From Paraspadella gotoi (lineage: Eukaryota > Animalia > Chaetognatha), in the NCBI GenBank assembly GCA_051294375.1, contig CM119268.1, positions 1,943,486 through 2,007,485 on the forward strand: DNA of 64,000 bases, in the 5' to 3' direction. The notes under the pieces were generated by a model. That model searched no databases, was not told where the DNA came from, and saw only the letters and a list, made by a program, of their open reading frames with translations. Each line of letters opens with the position of its first letter. The stretch's first letter is position 1. Shown here in pieces: positions 55,701 through 64,000 of this stretch. A program made the position numbers and the translations under genes.

Positions 55701-56257
55701 GTGTTATGCTGACATTTATCAGATTTTTAAAAATAAATTTTTAAAAATAAAACGATTAATTCCTATGAAAAATATGGATATTTTTTCTCATTGCCTTCTT
55801 AATTCTATCTTGTTGCTGAATCATTCTTGACATGAAATAAAATTTCAATAACTGAGTTTGTCCACGATGTTTCTCATTAAGTGCAACTTTCACCAACCTC
55901 CTTTCTGCTTCGACCAGCGAGGGATTTTCGTCGGGGCGCAACTGAACTTCCGCGTCGCTTCCGGTGGATCTAATGGCGTCGTCGAAGTAGGCGTCGACGA
56001 GAGACTTGGAGCCGGCGACGCGGCGATTCTCACACGCGTCCTCCTCCACCAGCAACAGCATTCGTCTCGACGTCAGGGTTGACATCTTTAGAAACGATTC
56101 TGCGAAATGAGGAAGGGTTTTGTTTAAAGCGTCTCTCTCTCTCTCTCTCTGTTTCTCTCTCCTCACCTAAAATGATTTTGGTCAACTCATTCTCGCGTTC
56201 CCGAATCGTAGATTCGAGTTTCTGAACGGCGGGGTCAATACTTTTTGATTTTTCCAT
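52710..56257 (-). CDS. Multi-RRM protein (Spen-type RRMs) with N-terminal MADS-like module, multi-exon
   Basis: Exons include 56257-56167, 56099-~55899, ~55590-55496, ~55418-54696, ~54423-, ~54050-53958, 53889-, ~53600-53440, ~53285-53114, 52919-52710. RRM-like segments are VRLQGFPAYLTQRHLQDAIYDEFK, TLYVANVDNEVSMDELKSIFGQYGKV and WVFLGGG...FGQYGVVKDVFIDRKNSQGLIRF...LDGKEVHVGFADFKTRKTFFD. Splicing between ~54170 and 53600 is not fully resolved. Confidence 0.7.
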
Positions 56258-56738
56258 GGTTTTATCGGGAATCTGTCTGATGTATAAATATTAAACAGGT
56301 TTTAAAAATAAGTTCGCGAGTGACTTAAATAATAACGAATCATGAAGATGGCAGAGAAGATTTCCAAGGAGAGAAATGAGATTGCTCGAATACATTCGTT
56401 TGGTGAGCTCTACGTACTATCTTTGGGAAAATATTTCCAAATTGCTAGTAATGCAAATTTATTCTTACCTTCCGAAAAAAGTAAGTAAATAATGTATAAT
56501 TGTACATGAAAAGTCACTTAGTCTGCATTCCCGAAATATCTAGATGCTATTTACTATTAAATTATTTGTGAAAAAATGTATTATATAGGTACGTATAATA
56601 ATGATAAAATAAAAATTTTCGCGCGTCTTTTCATTTCCCAGATAGCCATAAGCGAGACAAACAAAACTAAACGTCAAATAAAAAAACATGCACAGAAAAT
56701 AAACTTCAAATATCATTATAAATAACTTTAAACAACTT

Positions 56739-58777
56739 CTACATGCTAGTTAATCCCAAGTTGGAATCGTTGTGCAACGAATTCGCGTTGGGTGGCAAGT
56801 GGTTCAAGTCTTGGGAGAGAGATTGCATGTGGCCCGAGTATTGCCGCTTGTGCTCCATGTCTTGCAAGACCTTGTCGAGGGTGTTGCCGAAATAGCGCTG
56901 CATCGTCTCTCGAACACTCCCTCGAAGCGGCAACATTTTCTTGCCCTTTTGCAACTTGACTCCTTTGTTGTTGAGCTCCTTCACGGGAAGAGGGTAGGAG
57001 GTAAAAAGCTCCATCTCAGGAGGCGGGGAAAAAAACCTCAAAAACACCAAACCTGCAAAAACGGAAACTGGCTCCACCAAAGTTCGAAGATCTTGTTGAA
57101 GAACATCTTGGCCTCGACGGCCTTTTTGTTTTTTATGGCGCAGTTCTCGGCGATGGCGCGACCCACGGTGTAGAGGACGGAGTGGAGCAGGCGATTAGAG
57201 GTGGAGTGCTTCTCCGCGATGGAGTCGTCGCGGATTTGCTGGAGCGCTTGGATCTTTGGGTTGGACGAGAGGAAGGCGCCGAGATCCCAACCGCCCACGT
57301 TGTTCAATTGTCCCGGATGTGGAGGCTGATACGGCACGACGGCCTTGGAGACGGGAGACCTCTGCTTGGACGACCTGCTCCGCCCCCTCTTCCCGAAACC
57401 CCTCGTCGACTGAAGCGGAGAGCGATGGAGGTGATGCATGGGAGGTAATTGGGTTTGACTCGAATAATTCTCGTTCCATTGATTGTGGTGGTTGTCGTAA
57501 AAAGGGTCGCCGATGCCATCGTCCATCACCGCCGCCGCATCGGCGCCGCAAACAAAGTCGGCGTTGACGTCGAGCCGATGCCGCGCGAAGTCGGACTCGT
57601 CGAAGTCGATCGACTGGACGACGGCGTGGATCTCGGCCCCGGCGCCGGCAGCCGCGACGCCGAGAGGCGTCGGGAGGTAGTTGTCGCAGATGACGTCGTC
57701 GTCGTCTTCGACGCAATCTCCGTCGAAGGCCGGCGTCAACGCCTTTGTCCGCCGCATAAGGAGTCCCGTCTCCGCGTCGAGATCTTCTTCCGTCGTCTCC
57801 ACTTTCACGTCCATCGCCAAGTCCTTCTGGAATCTTCGCGGCGACTGCGACGGGAGGCCGGGTCGGCGGCGGTGCCGGCGCCGCCGGGGAGAGATCGAAT
57901 CTGGCGCCGCCGAAAGATCGTCGCCGGAGAGGTCGGAACCCGCGCCGGTCGCGTTGGGGTCGGTAGAGTCTTCGAAGAAAGGCTAAAAAAAGAAGAAAAA
58001 AAGATGTGCGTTGAAAACTCCGCACAATATAGTATTCCCCGATCTAATGTGGTCTTTTCATGCGATTGAAACATTCTTTGAAATATTATACCACTTCATT
58101 GAGAGGGGAGTGAATAACCGAGACCGTGAGAGAGTCTGGGTTCAAAGCTTGCAGGGACCTGCTATGTCATTATCTTGTAAGAGTGATGGAGGCCTTAAAC
58201 CACCAAAGCCTGTCCAAAGTCAGGGGCAAGATAGCTTAGTAATTAAACGAATGGATAATTTTCATATTGGTTGTAACAATTTCATAATTATTCTTATGGC
58301 TTATGGCTTTTAACCTGATAACCATCGTTCCCTCCACCCTTGTCCGCCGACGGAGTAATGATTCGTCTCTCGCTGACGCCTGTCGTCGCCACGTTGACGT
58401 CCATCTCAACGTCGTTGCCGATCGGCGAAAGCGAGGAGCGAGCGTAGGCGTCGCAAAGATGGCGCGCGCCGCAAAAACGGCGCCCTGTGCTCGTCTCGAC
58501 CAACAGGAAAATGTTGGCGTCTGAGGGGGAAAAAAAATTAAAATGATGATTAAACGGGAAATAAATAACTGACATAAAAGATAAGGTCATCGGAGCCAGT
58601 CGGAGGAACTACAAATCGAATTTTTTCGCCGAATAAACCCGTACAATATCTGAAGAGAGCATTTTCACCTGTCAGCGAAGAGATCTTCATTGCACTTTCC
58701 ATCAGAATGACGGCCATGCTCGACTCGAGCGACTGCAGCTGATTCATGAGACCCAACAGACTCGACTTGGACGCCAT
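56739..58777 (-). CDS. Uncharacterised protein with N-terminal MADS-like module, acidic linker and helical C-terminal domain; exons 58777-58669, 58520-58315, 57982-57053, 57014-56739
   Basis: In-phase GT-AG joins give MASKSSLLGLMNQLQSLESSMAVILMESAMKISSLT|DANIFLLVETSTGRRFCGARHLCDAY...|PFFEDSTD...RRRRHRRRP...DVKVE...LWWSQFPFLQ|MELFTSYP...LGLTSM*. Codon composition is GC-rich like the neighbouring genes. Confidence 0.75.
58041..58299 (+). mobile_element. Dispersed ~260-bp repeat, intronic copy
   Basis: Reverse complement of 63283-63567; shares gcctgtccaaagtcagggNcaagatagctta and ttggttgtaNcaatttcataat. Confidence 0.75.
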
Positions 58778-59001
58778 TTTTCCCCTTTTAAACTAATCAC
58801 ACTGAAAAAAGAAATTGAGCACAATTTTTATCAACGAGTATTAAACTAAAAGAAATCGGGAGAACAACAAATGAGAACTGAGAAGGAAAACTGAGTTGCT
58901 TAAATTTTATGAGTGAACAGTAAGAAACAGAGAGAGAGAAAAAACTGGATGGCACGGCTTGACGAGAGAGAGAGAGGGAGAGCGAGACAGATAGAAGACG
59001 G

Positions 59002-60936
59002 TTAATCTTCGCAGAGGATAATTTCCCTGGTGCCGATCAACGTTCCTTGCATCTTGTCCACGGCCTCGACGAGCGAGTTCCGCCGCGCGAACTCGACGAA
59101 GGCGCATGCGTCTTCTCCTCCGCGATACTTGATCTTGACTCCCACGACGGGACCGAAGGGCGAGAAGTGACGCCGCAATTCGTTTTCGTTGATGGTTTTG
59201 TCCAGGTTTCCCACGAAGACAACGTGCTGCAAAGAAGAAATCAATTCTTGCAAATCTACTCAATAAATTAGCCACAATTTCCCACCCCCCAATTTTGTAC
59301 GTGGTACCTTTTCAACTTTCTCCGCCGAAGACTCAATCGTGGACGGATGAGATCGAGTCCCCTCCTCAACACTCTTTTCCGTGACGACGTCTTTTTCCTT
59401 CTTCACCGAAACCGATCCGTTCACGACGAGGGGTCCTGGGTCTCGCGACGAAGTGCCAAAATCCAAAGTCTCGGTCGAAGTGTCGGAAATCTCTATCCCT
59501 CCCAAGTTATTAGAACATCTGCCGCCGTCCCCTTCCTCGCTTTCGGAAAAGTTTTCGCCGGAAACGTCGCTCATGTAATCCTCCGCCGTTTTTTTCTGCG
59601 GTTGTTTTTTTAGTTGGACGTTGGCGGCGGCGTCGCTCGAGCTACCGCCGCCTCCGTCGCCGCAGCTTCCCGAATTCGCGTCCAAAAACTTGTTTTGAAA
59701 ATCTCTACCGGCAAAATCGACCTCGAGGTAGTTCCCGCCTAAAGAGGTGCTGTTTCTGAGGGCGCGCTCGGCGCGGCACGCTTCTTCCTCCGAATCGAAG
59801 TATACGAGGGCGTTGTTGGGCGAGCGGTTGATGAAGACGTCGACGACGTTGCCGAAAAGTCGACAAAAGGCTTCGATCTCCGCGTTATTGATAGAGTCCG
59901 GCAGGCCGCCAATCCACACGCAGTTGGAGGGCACAGCCTTGGCGTAGGACAGCCCCACGGTAGAGCTCGGAAAATGCTGCCGGTACTTTCGCAGAGCCTT
60001 GGCCGCTTGTGAGATGGTAGCGTATTCGACTTGCAGGGTGTCGTGAGCGAGGTCCTCGATGGTCGGGGCGGAGAGGTCCACGACGTCGCCGTAGTGAGAC
60101 AAGCGCTCGCGAAGAGTAGGAGCGGGAACGGAGGCAGCGTTACTGAGGAGAAGCGTCTTCCGCGCCTGGTCCGGGATCTTTCGGTAGAAAGCGACCTCTA
60201 CTTTGGCGTATTTGGAGAAGGAGTTGAAGAGCAACAAGTGGGAGCGATAGGCCTTCATCGCTTGCGCCGAAAATGGAAACTCTACGATGGCGAATCTCTT
60301 CGATCCTTCTCCCTCTACGCGGATCGAGTCAACCGAAAAGGACGAGTAAACTTTTTCCAGATCCGCGCGAACCGCGGCGTCGGCGATTTCGGCCGGAAGG
60401 CGGCGGACACAGAGAAGACGGCAATTGGCGTTCGAAAGCGCGGGAGAGACGCTCGGTTTGCGTCTCTTAATCGACCCGGCGGCGTCGTCGGTGGCGGGAG
60501 GGGGAGCGTCGCGCTTGCGCTTGAGGACGTAGTCCCGCATTAAAGGGGGAGGAGCCGCTTCGGACTCGCGGGATCCGCTGGAGCGGGCCTCGTTCGTGTC
60601 GCGAGACTCTCGACCCTCGGCGATCTTTGCCCGCAGGTCCTCTTTACGCCTCGAAAAGGCGGAAAGACGATCCGCGGAGGAAGACGGCGTCGGACCTTCG
60701 GACAAGTTGATGTCGCGAACGGAAGGTTTTAAGTTTCCAGCGTCGTATTGTTCCTTCATGAGGCCTTTGGAGTAGATGAACCTGGCGCCCAAGTCCGACT
60801 CGACGGCGAAGAAGACTCCCGCGTCCATCAGCGTCGAGAACTGTTGCACAGTTTGAAAAAGGATTTTCACGACCTCCACGGATGAGACCGTCGTCTTCCC
60901 TCCAACGCGATCCATGGCAAAGTTTTTCACGTTCAT
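59002..60936 (-). CDS. Spen-like multi-RRM protein with N-terminal MADS-like module; exons ~60936-59308 and ~59227-59002
   Basis: Long ORF with three RRMs. SYAKAVPSNCVWIGGL and LGGNYLEVDFAGRDFQNKF resemble Spen/SHARP RRM4 (GFGKSMPTNCVWLDGL...IGGNKIKVDFANRESQLAF, from recall). A fourth RRM (VFVGNLDKTINENELRRHFSPFGPV...AFVEF) lies in the short last exon. Confidence 0.8.
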
Positions 60937-62072
60937 TTGATTGAGATTAAAAAGCGTCTTCAAAGAGTTTTAAATTAGATTCGACGGGTTTTATGAGGTA
61001 ACTTTTTTCTCAGCTCGATGCATGTCCCTGGATAAAAGTTTCATTATCAATCGAGATATTCGAGTTGGCCTGGGAGACGATTTATGCAGGTTTTTGTTCA
61101 TCTTTAAGCAAATTCTTTTAAACATAGGAAAATAATATTTCTCTAAACTTTATAACTATGTAAAATTATTTGACAAGTCAGCCAATTTAACGGATTAACC
61201 CTCTAAATAACAAAATCTGACGTAGATGATAAGCGAAATAAAATCTAAGTTGCCCCAGAAAAAAAGTTTTTGCATCGACGGATTGTAGAAAGGTGCCTAA
61301 ATACAGATTCAATTATGATTAAATTGAAGATACACTAAAATTTGAAACGGGAATTTCTCATAAGGTTGATTAGTTTTTTAAAGAGCTATCTTTCTAACAA
61401 AACTTTTGTTTGCCATTAAATATTATAAAATAACAAAGCGAAAAGTACAATACATAGGTGGGAACCAATTTAGATAAAGTACAAAAGTATAAAGCGCGAG
61501 AGAAAATAAATTCCAATTTTGAAGAAAAAAAAAATTAGACCAAAATTAATACAATAATATTACATTCAATGAAAAAAAAATATTTAAAACGGTCGCTTGC
61601 GTGTAAGTGATTAAAAACATGGACTGCAGAGGGTGCTTCTAATAATGACTGTTAACTAAAGTTTTATCACTTCATTAATCACTAGGTAACAAAGCTACAG
61701 GTCAATAACAAATACTTACGTGTTTTATTCTTTCAACAAATACGTAAAGATTCAAAAAAATAGAAATAAAATAAATACAAACGGTTAATAAATAAAATAC
61801 AAACCCACGGGCGATTTCCCGCTTTTGCTTCTTTTCGCCGTTGGAAAGCATTTTGCAATGACCGGTTAAATTGCGGCAATCAATATTTAAAATCTAGGCC
61901 GGTTTTTGACGACGCAAGAAAAAAAAAATGGTAAAAAAATAAGGTCTTAACCCAAAAGTCAGAGATGGGAGCGTGCTAGTCAAAAAGGTAAAAAAAGTAA
62001 TAAAGCGTATCACTAATGCGGCAAAAGGCTCGACCTTAAATATTCCCTTGAAAGAAAGATTAGAAGGCGGGA

Positions 62073-62474
62073 TCACGATCCCTTAGAGAATCGTTCTTTC
62101 GATTGAGACCGGCGAAGGTTATCTCTGGAGGGAGATCGTGGCGCCGCAGCATTTTCTGAAAATCGGAAAGAAACAAACAACTTTTAAGAGTAGGAGTACG
62201 ACTACGAGATTATCATAGTAAAGTAGTATAGTAGAGTAATTCGTGGATCATTTCATTCGCGTATCGTCGTGGACCGATGCTATATTAACAAATTATCACT
62301 TTAAGATGGGAATCGATCTCAATACCTGAAACATTGGAAGTCAGCGATTCTTTGGGAGTGTTGGACCCGCTGCCGCCGGATCCGGTCGACGCCGTCCCGG
62401 GTTTCCCGCTCTTCTTCTTAGAGCGAATGGCGCAGTCCTCTAGCGTTTCGGCGGCTTCGTACTTTCCCTGCATT
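62073..62474 (-). CDS. KLC: Kinesin light chain, last two coding exons (62474-62326, 62155-62073); the gene continues beyond the window
   Basis: RMQGKYEAAETLEDCAIRSKK matches the KLC post-TPR motif (RQGKFEAAETLE). It splices in phase to ENAAAPRSPSRDNLRRSQSKERFSKGS*. Confidence 0.8.
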
Positions 62475-63282
62475 CTGTTTAATATCAAAGAAAAGTTGGA
62501 AACGGAGACATTGAAAAATTAAATTTTTGTTCCAGGTCTCATTGAGTCGAAAATAAGCAGGTAGATAAGTTCAAAGGCGAAATATTTTAACTCGACATGT
62601 CAAACAGTTAATTTTGAACGGTTTTTAAAGGGTCTTAAAAATTTTTGTTTGGTACATTCGGGGGCATGCGAATGCATCGCACTTAACACTCAGTATTCGT
62701 GTCAAATTTGATAAAAACTGGACTCGAGAAAATATTATTTCCTAAAAATAAAAGAGAAACCAATGAAAACAAAAGAATTACATGCAAAATAAAATTATTG
62801 AAATCAGAACAAAGAGCAGTGTCGTATCAAATTGAATTTTGAGACTACATTCTAGGTAAGAATAGGTTAATCATGACAAAAACTATCTTGCACCGTTGAT
62901 TACTTCTCAAAATATTAACAGTGCCTAACTATGAACATTAAAAAAAAATTTTTTAGTCGTTCACCTAGACTGTTTAACCAGACAGAAAACAAAAAAAGTA
63001 TCGTGCATCTTGAGAAAGCGTTCAATGCGAGAAGCATCAGGAAAAAATAAATATTTATGGCAAATTTTTCGCAAAGAAAAATATCAATTGCATTCGGTTT
63101 GAGATAAAATTAAAAATGAATAATGTCGAATGAGAAACGCCATTCCTTTTCTTGACCCATTCATCCTCGCATCAACATTTTTTTAAACGTTAAAAAATAA
63201 TTTTTTTAAAAAAATATATATTTCATTTTTAATTCAAGGGCCCCCAATATATGTTTATTTTCATGTAATGATAATATTTACC

Positions 63283-63567
63283 CCATAAAAAGTTATTATG
63301 AAATTGGTACAACCAATATAAAAATTATCCATTCATTTAATAAATAAGCTATCTTGCCCCTGACTTTGGACAGGATTTGGTGGTTTAAGGCCTCCATCAC
63401 TCTTACAAGATAATTACATAGCAGGTCCCTGCAAGCTTTCAATCAAGACTCTCTCACAGTCCCGTTTATTCACTCCCAGAGTACCTGGCTTCCCTATCAA
63501 TGAAGTGGAAAATATTTCGAAGAATGTTTCAATTGTATGAAAAGACCACTCCCTTAAGTATTAGATC
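63283..63567 (-). mobile_element. Dispersed ~280-bp repeat, same family as 58041-58299
   Basis: Aligns by eye to 58041-58299 (inverse). Degenerate or partial copies at ~1465-1725, ~9750-10005, ~6578-6650 and ~11793-11885. Confidence 0.75.
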
Positions 63568-64000
63568 TTATATTATGAAAGTTGCCAAATTATATTATTA
63601 TATTATTTTCATGTAATGATAATATTTACCCCATAAAAAAGTTTACCCGAAGACAAAAGAGGGAAAAGAGTGTGAGAAGAGAGGCGAAGGAAGAAAGGAA
63701 AATGATTCTTTGGGTCGCGAAGTAAGAGGATTGCAAGAGATGGGAATACGGGAGGGGAAAGGGACGGAGCTGGAATGTTGGGAGGATTTAGAAGACGAAT
63801 TAAACAAAGCTTTATAATTCTATGGAATACTCAGAGGAAACCCTGGCTTCTGTATACGCTAAGTACAAACCAAAATAGTGGTAGCCAACTAGGAAACAAA
63901 AAAGTACGGTCTCAAAATTCAATGTTCCAGTAAGAAGGTGTTTTTTTTCCCTGAATCGAGACTGCTCTCTCTTCAAAAAAAAATAGTGTACGTATTAAAT

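Overview
This is intron-rich animal (metazoan) genomic DNA from a draft assembly. It has many N gaps, including two 25-N gaps next to error-rich long-read-like sequence. From left to right it contains: (1) a Six1/2 (sine oculis class) homeobox gene whose first coding exon sits on a ~1.4 kb segment present twice and inverted relative to the other exons; (2) a ~25 kb gene-poor region with microsatellites, an ~8 kb 35-bp satellite and a TIR-flanked tRNA-like structured element; (3) a minus-strand ionotropic glutamate receptor-family gene in which a neogenin/DCC-like FN3 domain apparently replaces the usual amino-terminal domain and the SYTANLAAF gate is lost, with a COQ10-like gene nested antisense in one intron; (4) a kekkon-like LRR-Ig-TM gene; (5) three tandem minus-strand genes sharing an N-terminal degenerate MADS/SRF-like module, two of them fused to Spen-type RRM arrays; (6) the 3' end of kinesin light chain. 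All gene models were built by hand from GT-AG junctions and recalled family motifs, without any database search.
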